Below the pieces are notes generated by a model that worked only from the letters and a program-made list of their open reading frames with translations, was not told the origin of the DNA and ran no database searches. This document shows, piece after piece, positions 40,236-52,352 of a stretch of 64,000 bases of DNA; position 1 is the first letter of the stretch, and every line of letters begins with the position of its first letter. Source of the DNA: Eledone cirrhosa (Eukaryota); contig OZ024742.1 of assembly GCA_964016885.1 (NCBI GenBank), positions 62,558,001 to 62,622,000 of the forward strand, written 5' to 3'. The translations under genes and the position numbers were made by a program.

Positions 40236-41186
40236 TTCTTTTTGTTGTTTTTTTTTAAATTGTTATTATCATGAGTGGTTCCTTAATGTGAGCATTGCGT
40301 GGCTTAAGAATGAAATTATTAATAATTGTCTCCACTCCAGGCACAAGGCCAGCAATCACCCAGTGCATTACAATAATATAATATACTTTTTGTTGTAGTT
40401 GGCTGTTATTGTTGTTGGCTATGTCGGTGGTGGTGCCGGGGCTTTTTATATTGTTGGTGAGGAAGGGGTGAGCCAGCAGTCCCATAATTGTTGATGTAGA
40501 CGTTTGGCCGGTGGCAAGGTCATCAAGTCAATCTATTTATATCTTTTGCTAGCCTCTCTCTTGTCTAGTGATACCGCCACCTCCCCTTTTCTCTCTCAAG
40601 TTAACAGGGGAATAGTGTCGGTAGCATTGAATGAGTGGTGGCGGTGATGATGGATGCGGTGGGGTTGTGGCAGCGGTGGTGTTGTGGTTACTGATATAGT
40701 ATCTATGAGTTTGTGTTCGTATGTTTAATATATATTTTTATTATATTTTGTGTTGACATATTCCCGTAAAATTGGAATTAAACATTTTTTTAAATTTGAG
40801 ACAATAATAATATTAATTATTATTATGATGCTGGTGAAATTGCCGTTATCTGGCTGTTATATTTAGTGTGATGGGATAGGTAGTGTATCAAGTTTCTGGT
40901 GTTGGTGAAATTGAAATTGCTGCTATTTAGCTGTTCTATATAGTGTAGACAGAGGGTGTTTTGTTCCATTTATAACCATTTTCTTTTTTTGAATACAAAA
41001 TATATAATACAAAATTGAATATTTGAACGATACAACAATATAATATGGATCCGAAACTTTATGGGACCTCATTCGGTGCATTTATGCAACATTTGTGCTA
41101 AGAATTGTTCTTTCACAATTGATTTAAACATGTTAAAAATCAAAAACTTACGGGAGCAATTTCGTGACGTTCTACCACCTCGTGCG

Positions 41187-41190
41187 TCTT

Positions 41191-41283
<93 letters not shown>
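41187..41283. repeat. (TTC)n(TTA)n compound microsatellite at the Tx1 5' junction
   Basis: Direct inspection. Confidence 0.95.
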
Positions 41284-44200
41284 GGCGACCTACGTAGTAA
41301 ATCGTATCATCGTGAGCTCCGCAAAGGTTTGTTATTTTCAGTTGTTTAAAATTGCCATTCCTGGAAAATCTTTATTGTTAACTGTATATAAGTGCACATA
41401 CATTGTTATCTGAAAAGGACACCCAAAAAGATTGGGGCCTTAAGCCCAAAATTTAAACTTTTATAATTATCAAACAAAAATTTTTCTTTGAAAAATCATG
41501 GCTGACTCAGAGTCACTCCTTTCTCACAAATTAACACCTCACACCGACACCACCATTGTCAATATTACTACGTTTGCCAACACTAAAAATATAAGCAGTA
41601 GCAATATTTTAAATTTGTCTCAGGCAGACATTCATTTCCCGCCATTACCAATGACTGCAGGTGTTAAAGCCGCCATCACCACCACCACCGCGACAACCAC
41701 CGCGACAACAGAAACAAAAGAAAAAAATGAATTAACTCGTGATATCGAAATGAATTCAACCAAAATGAACTCTTCCACACCGAACACCACTGACGCCACC
41801 ACCACCACAACTGAAACTAAAATTAATAATAACAAAAATAACGATAACAACAACAGCAACAATGACATTAAGAAAACCACCCTGAGTTTTGCCAGAGTAG
41901 CAAAACAGTGCGAAGCATTTCAGGTAACACAGGAGGAATAAGAAGAAGTCAAAAAAATGGTAAAGAAAGATGGGTACATGGTCAGCCTCCCCCCCCCCCT
42001 AATAAAATGGAGCATCGGCGCCTATGCACCGTGTCTTATCGAACAATTAATATAAAATCGCGCCGAGTGGAACAGGCATCCGAGTCCCAAATCCAAAAAG
42101 CTTTGGGACATGTGTGGGCAAAAAAAACCCACATCAGACGTGGGCAGAAGTATGGAACCGTGGACGTGTTCTTTGAAACACCACAGGAGGCTAGAGAACA
42201 CTCCATGGCCCCATTACGAAGTGACGACTTCACACTCGTCCCAAGCTATTGTGGCCAGAGACTCGTAAAGATCAGGGTCACCCACATTCCACCGGCCATC
42301 GAAATTCCCTGGCTAATTCCCTGCCGTCCTCGCCGGCATCGAAGCCAACACCAAGATAATCGAAATAGTGAAAGAAAAGCAGGAGAACTGGTCCGGATCT
42401 GGGTTGGAGCTCCTGATCCAAGCAGACCAAAAAAGCATTGAGGAGATCCCAGAGGTAATAGACCTCACTGACGGCAGCCACCTCACCGTAATCGTCGAGC
42501 GCAGAAGGCCTAGGTGTGTCGTTTCTGGTGAAGGAACCCACCTAAGGGCTTTCTGCCCTCAGGCTAAAAGGTTGAGGCCACCTCTCCTACCCACCCCAGT
42601 GACCATCAACACCACCAGCAGCAGAGATGGCAGCAACAACTATAGCAGCAACAACAGAAGCAACTGTAACAGCAAGAACCCCAGCAACAGTAGCAACACC
42701 AACACCACCACCACCCAACACGCCAGAACTAGCACCAGCGCCTACACCATCCACCACGCCACAACCAAAACTAACGCCTGTGGAGGATTTTTCACTCCCC
42801 GGCCTATCACAACTGGAGACTGATTGTGACCATGAGGAGTGGGAAACGGTATCAGGAAAAAAGAAAAAAAGAAACCAAAAAAGAAAAAATTCTCTTCCTT
42901 CCCCCTCCAAAAACAAAATACAGGGGGAAACAAATAAACTCTTAAACAAAAATGTTGGGACAGCTATGCCACCATCCACACCAGCATCACCAACCCCATC
43001 ACCACAAACATCAACACCATCACCATCATTAACCCCAACACCACCATCACCAACACCACAAAAGTCACCAAAAAGCGAAACAGAAACAAACCCACAACAA
43101 ACGCAAACAAAACAAAACAATCACTCGCATCACACAGAAAACGTACATGACACTAAAACAAAAATTCCCCAAAGACATCGGAGACTTCCGACAAGCACTC
43201 TCCAGGAGGATTTATAAGGACATCCTTCCTGAGGAGGCCACAAGCAGTGAAAAGGATGGAGAAACCGTCCTTCCTCTATGAGAAGTAAGGTAAGTGGTCT
43301 TTCCCTTCTTTTCCACTCCATTTCAACATGACCTCACTCAGAATAGGCAGCATAAATGCGCGTGGCTTGGGTTCGTCATGGAAGCAGGGCCACCTGTTCA
43401 ACGACCTCAGGTCACTAAACATAGATGTAGTGGCCATCAGCGAGACCAGAATCTTCGAAGCACGGGCCTTCGCACCGATCTTCGGCGGCTACGGTGTGAC
43501 GCATCTCCCAGCCGTCTGGGATCGGGGGAGGAGTTGCTGTGCTTTTTCGGAGAGGTTTGGATCTCGCCATACGGGCCATCTTCCTGGACCCAGAAGGTAA
43601 GTTGGTGGTGCTGGACGTGACCAGCGAAGACGGGCAAGCTTTCAGGCTAGTGGCCGTCTATGCCCCTGACAGGAGCAGGGCGACCTGATTTCTTCCGGCG
43701 TCTGGAGACCTTTCTTGGAACGTCCCGCTCTTTAGTGTTAGTGGGCGACTGGAACAGGATCTTAGATGCACGCTGGGAGTGTGTGGGATTAGCGGATAGG
43801 GGAGGAGGGTGCAAGAGTCTCACCAACCTGCTCAGGCGTTTTCAACTGTCTGACAGGTACCGATTGGATTTCCCGAATGTGCCAATGTGGACTTGGACAA
43901 ATCACATCGGCTCATCCAGATCATATCTAGATAGAGTATTTTGTAGGGAAATAGATAGGTCTAGCATAGGCTGTCCACAATTCAAGATAGTCAGCTACAC
44001 GGACAACAAATTCGTGATCTGTGTGCTTGACTTAGATAGGCTTCATAGACGAGGACCTGGCAACTGGATGCTAAACGCGTCCTTACCAGCGCGCAAGGCC
44101 TACAGAGACCGGATGAGCGAATCAGTTAAGCGGGCGTTGACGAGGGCCATCGTCAAAAACAAGTGGTGGTTTGCTCAGAAAAGAGTAATTAGAATAGAGT

Positions 44201-46964
44201 TCATTAGGTTTAGTAAGGCTTTAGCAATAGAAAAAAATAGAGCAGAGGGAGAATTAGTTAGAAAATTAGACGAGGCGCTTCGCAAAGGCAGCTCGACCGA
44301 CGTACTTGCGGCGAAATTGGCCCTTGACCAATTCTTCAATGCAAAGCACGAGGGCTGCGTTGTCAGAGAAATGGTGCGTGCTCTCAGACACGAGGGGACG
44401 AAAGCCGTTCAATGGGCCGGCGTGGCGGAGGTGCGTCGTGGCAACAAAGCCACGATCCGGTCTTTGGTGGACCACGACGGGCGCATGCTACTCGATCCCG
44501 GGCAAATGTATGAAGCTTTTCAGCGACACTTCGCACAGCTGTTCGGGGGAAGCGGCGGGCCGGATCGAGGGATGGACTTTAGTGTCTACCTCTACGGACT
44601 GCCGCGGCTCTCGGTCACTGAGGCGGAGTGTTGCGAAAAGCCGATAACAGCAGCTGAAGTACGGGAGGCAATGACTGGCTGCACAAGGGGTAAATCGCCT
44701 GGTTTGGATGGTCTGCCCTATGAACTTTACGTACAGATGCCAGACTTGTTCGGAGGCCCCTTGGCGGACGTCTACTACAACTGGCAACAGAACGGGAGAA
44801 TTCCCAGCTCTGTGTGCCGAGGAGCTGTGGCGCTGCTGAGAAAGGATCCGAACAAGAGGGATAACATAGATAATTTCAGGCCCATAACTCTGCTAAACAC
44901 AGAGTTCAAGATTTTGGCCAAGGTGCTAGCAAAGAGGTTGGCGCTTGTCGTTGGTGGTCTGGTGGGAGAGGCGCAGACGTGCGCCATTCCCGACAGATCC
45001 ATCCACGACAACCTCCGCATCATGGGATACATCGTAGAGAGGGTAGCTAGGGAACCTGGCACGGGTGTGTCCTTGATCAATTTAGATCAGTCGAAAGATT
45101 TCGATAGGGTCGACCATCGTTACTAGCGTCAGTTCTGAGGGCGGATGGCTTTGGGCCCGACTTCAGAGGCTGGATCGCTGCCATGCACAGCGACATCTAC
45201 TCTGTGGTGAGAGTGAACGGTCACCTTTCGGAACCGTTCAACATCATGCGCTCGGGCCGCCAAGGATGTCCCTCTCGTCCCTCTTGTACGTATTGACTCT
45301 CGAGCCATTACTGCACAAACTGGAGACGTTGAGGGGGGTCCCGCGCGAACTAGGATGCGGAAGATCCGTGTCAGCATATGCGGACGATGTCACCGTAGTG
45401 GTGTCGAACGCTAAACGCATCGAGGCGAGGACACTACACTAAGAGAATACGAAGCGGTGACAGGAGCAATGATCAACCAGGAAAAGTCAGTGGGCCTGCA
45501 GCTCGGCACCTGGTGAGGCAGGTCCATGCAGTCCAACAGCGTCGTCGGGCGCTGGACGGACGGGCCGGTTAAATTGCTAGGGGTCTTGTTCCGTCTTGCT
45601 AGGGGTCTTGTTCCAAAAACTGGGACGAGGTGACGTTCAGGGTGGTTTCTCTCACCCAGAAATGGGCGGAGAGGAAGCTATCCCTGAAAGGTTGAGCGGA
45701 GGTGGCTAACGCATACATCGCATCCGTCATCTACTACCGCCTGACCGTCGTACCTTGTCCTAAGACCCGCCTGACTGCGCTGGAGCGTTTTCTCTTTCGC
45801 TTTTTGTGGAAGGGACGCGCTCCGATGGTCAGGCGGTCCATCTGCTGTCAACACCCGCTACGTGGAAGGCTGGGCATGCCGTGGCTGATGATGCGCAGAC
45901 CCGCGCTCAGGCTACGACATCTCCACCTCTTCCTCGACGGTGATCAGGTGTGGTCGCCGTTTGCTAGACACGTCTTCCCCAGCTCGTCTCCTTGACGGAG
46001 CTGCAGTCCTGGGTCAAGCGAAGACCGAGAGGGAGCGCTTGGAGACTGGGATATCTTCAGGTGCTCACAGCCCTCGACCAATCGGGCAATGTGATCGGTG
46101 GAAACTCCACCTTGGCGTTCTATAGAGGATTAGTGGACTAGAAGAGCGACGACGTACTTGGAGAAACTCTAAGCGTCGACGAAAATCAACTAGCCAATCT
46201 CTTCGGAAAGACTTTCGGGCCGGGGCCTATAGACAACTTCCAGAAATCCCTGGCCTGGCAGTGCTACCGAGGAGCTTTGCCAGCTCGGGACAAACTCTAC
46301 AGGAATAGAGGTGCCGTCAGCCGAGCATGTCCGAGATGCGCGCAGGGCGATGAAACCGTCCTGCACGCACTCGTCCAGTGTCCGAGCATTGCTGACTTGT
46401 GGGTTTATGTCGAACACCTGCTGTCACGTGTAGGACGGATCCAGCTATCAGCTGAGTCCATCGTGAGGATTGCCCCCCCCCCTTCTTCCTTTAGCCGGGA
46501 AGGGCAGGCAGTTTTTATCTGTCTGGTGGCCATGGCGAAAGAGATAGTATGGTGGACACGTTTGAAAGGGCTGAAGACGAGCACTTACCTCTTCGGTGGT
46601 GCCCGGATTAACTTTTTCAAATTTCATTTGAAAAGGAAAATCAGCATTTTGTTGAAAGATGGGTGAGAGAAGCAAATATGGCCCGAGTGAATGGGCCTAT
46701 CTGAGTATGTGTATATAAATTAAAGGTGGAAAACTGGGAGAGGGCACTTTCCCTGGTGGTCAGGGTCACTGTGGCCTTTTAATGGGCTTTCTCCACAAAT
46801 GTCCCTCGGAAGTCTCCCCCCTATTGGGGAATTTTTCATTGTTATTTTTTATTACATCCTCTGTTTTTTTTACACGCAGAAATGCCCATTTGTACCGTCC
46901 TGTATTGTCCTGTACCGTCCTTAATCTCTACTTTATGTAAACCCTTGTGGTTAATAAAGAAAGC
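41284..46964 (+). mobile_element. Tx1-like (L1 group) LINE, full length but degenerate: ORF1 ~41498-43290, ORF2 ~43328-46670
   Basis: ORF1 has a decayed zinc knuckle (RPRCVVSGEGTHLRAFCP). ORF2 has APE (INARGL, SET, GDWN, YLDR), RT (KSPGLDG, FRPITLLN, YADD) and a C-terminal CPRC..ETVLH..C. AATAAA then (TTA)n at the 3' end. Confidence 0.92.
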
Positions 46965-47003
46965 ATTATTATTATTATTATTGTTATTATTATTATTATT
47001 ATT

Positions 47004-48455
47004 GGCGACCTACGTAGGAAATCGTATAATCGTGAGCTCCGCAAAGGTTTGTTGTTTTCAGTCGTTTCAAATTGCCAGTTATGGAAAATTTTTGTTTTTA
47101 AGTGTTTATAAATTCACATATATTGCTTTCTGAAAAGGACACAAACAAATATTGGGGCCTTGTGCCCAAAACTTAAACATTTTATTTATCAAACAAAATA
47201 TTTCTTTGAAAAAAAAAAACATGGACGACGAATTTACTGTTTTTAAAAATAACAACAACAACAATGAGAATAACATCAATACCACCGCAAAGCAAAATGT
47301 GTCATTTGCCAAATTCTTGACCAATTCTTCAATGCAAAGCACGAAGGCTGCGTTGTCAGAGCTAGGGTGCGTGCTCTCAGACATGAGGGGACGAAAGCCG
47401 TTCAATGGGCCCGAGTGGCGGAGGCGCGTCGTGGCAACAAAGCAACGATCCGGTCTTTGGTGGACCACGACACGTGCATGCTACTCGATCCCGGGCAAAT
47501 GTATGAAGCTTTTCGGGAGGCAATGACTGGCTGCACAAGTGGTAAATCGCCTGGTTTGGATGGTCTGCACTATGAATTTTAAGTACAGATTCCAGACTTG
47601 TTCGGAGGCCTCTTGGCAACGTCTACTGCAACTGGCAACAGAACGGGAGAAATCCCAGCTCTGTGAGCCAAGGAGCTGTGGCGCTGCTGAGAAAGGATCC
47701 GATCAAGGTGGATAACATAGATAATTTCAGGCCCATAACTCTGCTAAACACAGAGTTCAAGATTTTGGCCAAGGTGCTAGCAAAGAGGTTGGCGCTTGTC
47801 GTTGGTGGTCTGGTGGGAGAGGCGCAGACGTGCGCCATTCCCGGCAGATCCATCTACGACAACCTCCACTTCATGCGATACATCGTAGAGAGGGTAGCTA
47901 GGGAACCTGGCACGGGTGTGTCCTTGATCAATTTAGATCAGTCGAAAGCTTTCGATAGGGTTGACCATCGTTACCTAGCGGCAGTCCTGAGGGCGGCTGG
48001 CTTTGGGGCCGTCTTCAGAGGCTGGATCGCTGCCATGCACAGCGACATCTGCTCTGTGGTGAGAGTGAACGATCACCTTTCGGAACCGTTCAACATCATG
48101 CGCTAGGTCCGACAAGGATGTCCCCTCTCGTCCCTCTTGTACGTATTGACTCTGGAGCCATTACTGCACAAACTGGAAAGGTTGAGGGGGGTCCCGCGCG
48201 AACTAGGATGCGGAAGATCCGTGTCAGCATATGTGGACGATGTCACCGTAGTGGTGTCGAACGCGAAACACATCGAGGCGATCGGCACTACACTAAAAGA
48301 ATACGAAGCGGTGACAGGAGCAATGATCAACCAGGAAAAGTCGGTGGGCCTGCAGCTCGGCACCTGGAGAGGCAGGTCCATGCCGTCCAACAGCGTCGTC
48401 GAGCGCTGGACGGACAGACCGGTTAAATTGCTAGCGGTCCATCTGCTGTCAACAC
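47004..48455 (+). mobile_element. Second, head-to-tail, internally deleted copy of the Tx1-like element
   Basis: Same 5' terminus ggcgacctacgtag after (TTA)n. Jumps from the ORF1 start (~47315) to mid-ORF2 and carries RT pieces at 47663-48435. Confidence 0.88.
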
Positions 48456-49015
48456 TCTCTGATTTCCCCGTTATGCACTCTATCGAGTAACATTACTCTG
48501 AAGACACTTTGGAGAAACATTATTTCAGCAAATTGTATTTGTGATCGTATTCTTTCGGTCACAACCCTAGATTCATAACCATATGTAACTGTTGGCATCC
48601 TGCCTTCCAATACTGCATGCTGCCAATCCTTGAGGTTCTTTATCATTTTTGTCATGAGATTCAGCTTCACTACTTCATTCCTTCTCTCTCTTAAAGGGTC
48701 TAACTTTTCCATGAGACACATTCACTTAGGTTCTTTGCACTTTCTTTTATACAGTTGTCATCCTCTATAAGCACCAAATATTCATACCAATACAGTATTC
48801 TCCATTGTACAATACATCGATTTTCTCTTTTTCTCTGAATAGAGCAGCTCCCATTGACATTCAGCCGTAAACTTCTTTGTTATGGCCTGAATAACAGTTA
48901 ATTAATGATAAACAGAAGTGGACTGAGGTCAAAGAACTGATTGATACCCACCTGCACTTCGAATTCATCACTACTCTTTGCCAAACATTGGGTGACTGCA
49001 GTCTCAACCATTGGC
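48456..49015 (-). mobile_element. RTE-clade RT C-terminal fragment
   Basis: PTVTYGYES..RSQIQFAEIMFL..LLDRVHNGEIR. Confidence 0.65.
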
Positions 49016-49097
49016 CGACTAAAAATCTAAAGATATGTTGTATAGAACAGTATGATGGTGAACTAGCTTGAAATGAGTTACAGGGCTAAAAACATAC

Positions 49098-49255
49098 CTT
49101 GTGTCATATCTGTTCGTGTCATTTTGTTTGAGTATAGGATTTCTGGCCATTTACTAGAGTCTTTCAAGCAAGAATTATTCCTATTATAAACCATCATCCA
49201 ACCAATGGAATCATTACATCCTTCTCTTTCGTGGTAAATCTGGAATCTTGTATTC
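49098..49255 (-). CDS. Host gene copy B (upstream paralog), coding exon 4
   Basis: Acceptor gtctgtttcAG and donor gtatgt. 158 nt, phase 2 to 1 (matches the end of exon 3), NTRFQIYHEREGCNDSIGWMMVYNRNNSCLKDSSKWPEILYSNKMTRTDMTQ. Confidence 0.75.
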
Positions 49256-49279
49256 CTGAAACAGACACAAACATATATA

Positions 49280-50776
49280 TGTGAAACACACAGACTAAGC
49301 AACTTTATAGACATATTACTAAATGCAATTCTCAAACATATGCCGAGTCTTGTAAGAGACGATCTGGACCTCTTAAACCACTTCCCCAAACATGTCAACA
49401 ATGACACTATTATTGTGTTTTTCGATGTAGTGAATCTCTACACAACGATCCCACACCAATACGGAGTAGAAGCAATAGGATTCTGGCTAGAGAAATATCC
49501 GAATGAGATACCTGACAGAATAGAAAAAAGCTTCATCACCGAGGGATAAACATTTATTTTACAGAACAACTTTTTGATTTCGATGGCAGTACTTACAAGC
49601 AAATATCGGGGACTGCGGTGGGTACAAAAGTCGCTCCAACTTATGCTAACTTAGTCATAGGATACTTGGAAGTCCAGATATATGAACACTCCAAATCAAA
49701 ATACGGATTGAACTTCCACAAATCAGAGAATTGGAAACGCTACTTGGATGATTGTCTCACTCGACCAACTAAATGATTTCAAAAATTTAAATAACGGCAT
49801 CAATAACCACATCCAATTCACAATGGAATACAGCCAAGATCAACTCCCATTTCTGGACATCTTAATCATGAAAAAGACACAAATATTGAAACTGACATAC
49901 ACAACAAACCAACAGATTCCAAACAATACCTGCTAAACACCTTTAAACATCCAAAGCACACGAAGACGAACAACCTTTTTAACCTAGCAAGAAGAATTTG
50001 CACAATTGTTTCTAATTATGAAACGCGAAATAAAAGACTTCAAGAATTAAAGGAAATTCTGCTCGAAAGACAGTACCCACCATTACTAATAAATAATGGA
50101 ATAGAAAGGGTTAAAGCAATAGGCATTGATGTATTATGAAAACTGAAAGAAATTCAAGGTACGTCCAATATTCTATCATATATCTCAACACACAACCCCA
50201 GAAATGTGGAAGCATGCAACATTATTCACCAAAAAACCCACTATAGAAAAAAGACCCAAGAATGAAAAAAGCACTTGAAACACACGAAATAATCAAAAGC
50301 AAAAGACAACCTAAATCACTAAAACATTACTCACCAATGCCAAATTACCTACCACAAACCGACAACCAACTGTCAAAAAATGTGGTCTCTCTAATTGTGG
50401 AACCTGCACTCACCTCATTGAAGGCAACCTGTATACATTTCAATCAGGACAAAATTATGTTGTAAAAAATCACTTCACTTGTTCATCAAAAAATTTACTT
50501 TATGCCATTAAATGTAAAGGATGCAATGAAGATTATATAGGACAAACTAAACTGACACTCAGAAACAAAATGACAATTTATCGCCAACAATTACGAGATC
50601 CTATCACAAGACAGATACCACTCAATGCACATCTATACATATGCGCAAGTGATAAGACACCCAAATTCCAAGTCTTCCCATTTTATCTTTGCGCCGACAA
50701 TACAACAGAACAAATACGAATAAATAAGGAAAATATGTTTATTCAAAAATATAGACCAGCATTAAATATAGTTTAA
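49280..50776 (+). mobile_element. 5'-truncated Neptune-like PLE (RT + GIY-YIG), pseudogenised
   Basis: FDVVNLYTTIP, GTAVGTKVAP and RYLDD; Cys linker CGLSNCGTC; LLYAIKC..C..YIGQT; terminal KYRPALN. Its presumed 3' region runs to ~52100. Confidence 0.85.
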
Positions 50777-50985
50777 TATACATTGTTAACACCATAACAT
50801 GCTAACCATCCAAACAGGCACATACATACACACATAACACCTTCTACATCCGAAAATAAAAACCAGAGCTAAATAAACCTTAACATACGTTAATACGCTA
50901 ACACCTTAACATGCTAACCATACACCCACCCACCCCCACACACACACATAACTCCTTTTCCCATTTCTACTAACGGAATCATTTT

Positions 50986-51021
<36 letters not shown>

Positions 51022-51118
51022 TATATATTCTCTCCATCTTAACGTGCTAACCATATTCCCACACACACATACACACACATGACTTCATCCCCCATTTCTA
51101 CTAATAGAATAATTTTCT

Positions 51119-51179
<61 letters not shown>

Positions 51180-51806
51180 CAGCACACAAATAAGAATACA
51201 TATCTCTACTTTCTTTATTTCAATAGAAAGTCTGAATTTTCACACCCCAGCACATCAGCCATACTCACTGAATCAGAACACTTCTCCCCATTCCTTTTTT
51301 CTTGACAATTATCTTTTGTTTGGCATAAAATTCTCTAAATGGCTAAAAAAAAATTCCCAAATACGGGCCCGAAATTTAATGTACTTGTTCACGTGACAGT
51401 CATAATTTCATTTATAACCAATCAAATTACATTTATAAAAAAAAACTTTTCTGAGCCAGGTAACGCGAACTGGCGCGAAATTTATTATACTTATTCACAT
51501 AACAGTCATCAACCAACCAAATTACTTTTCTAAAAACCTAGCATTTCGAGCAACTTTATTCCATGGAAAACAGAAGTAACATTCGAACACCAACCAGATG
51601 CGAGAAAATCCACAAACCCTCCATCTCAATTCTACTTTTGAAAAACACAAGAACTGTGAAACCGGTAGAGGAACCAAATAAATATTCTTAAAAAGACTCC
51701 AGTTGCATTTTCGACTTCATCTTTTTTCCTTATACTTACACTCGTGTAGGACATCTCGTTTTTTTTTCATTTTGTAAAAACCCTCATTCTCTAATATACA
51801 TATATC

Positions 51807-51892
<86 letters not shown>

Positions 51893-52116
51893 GTACAAAT
51901 AAAGTTTCATACACTTAACATGTATGTGCGAACATCAGTATCGGGATCCAATTATGGCCACCACTGTATATTGGAGGAGACACTTTTAAACTTGCCTTCT
52001 TCGGGTAATAGCCTCACATACATGGTAAGTGTATGAAGATAAGCTTCTTTTTCCTTGAGCTTTCTTTTACGGAATTCTACATAGACACACGGACACATAG
52101 ACACAAGGACACATAG

Positions 52117-52197
<81 letters not shown>

Positions 52198-52301
52198 ATA
52201 ATAAATTTGAAGACTAAAATCCAAAGAGGGCTCGATAAGGATAAATATATATCAAATATATAAGAACCGTAGAGCAAATATTTATTAAAATAACAGATTA
52301 A

Positions 52302-52352
52302 AGTTTAAGCAAAGAATCGCTGCTTTCACTCTTAACGGGAACTTCTGAAACT
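52302..52352 (-). ncRNA. Degenerate pLTR hammerhead-like motif
   Basis: Core reads CAGAAGT (A9 changed) and stem II has a mismatch. Confidence 0.45.
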
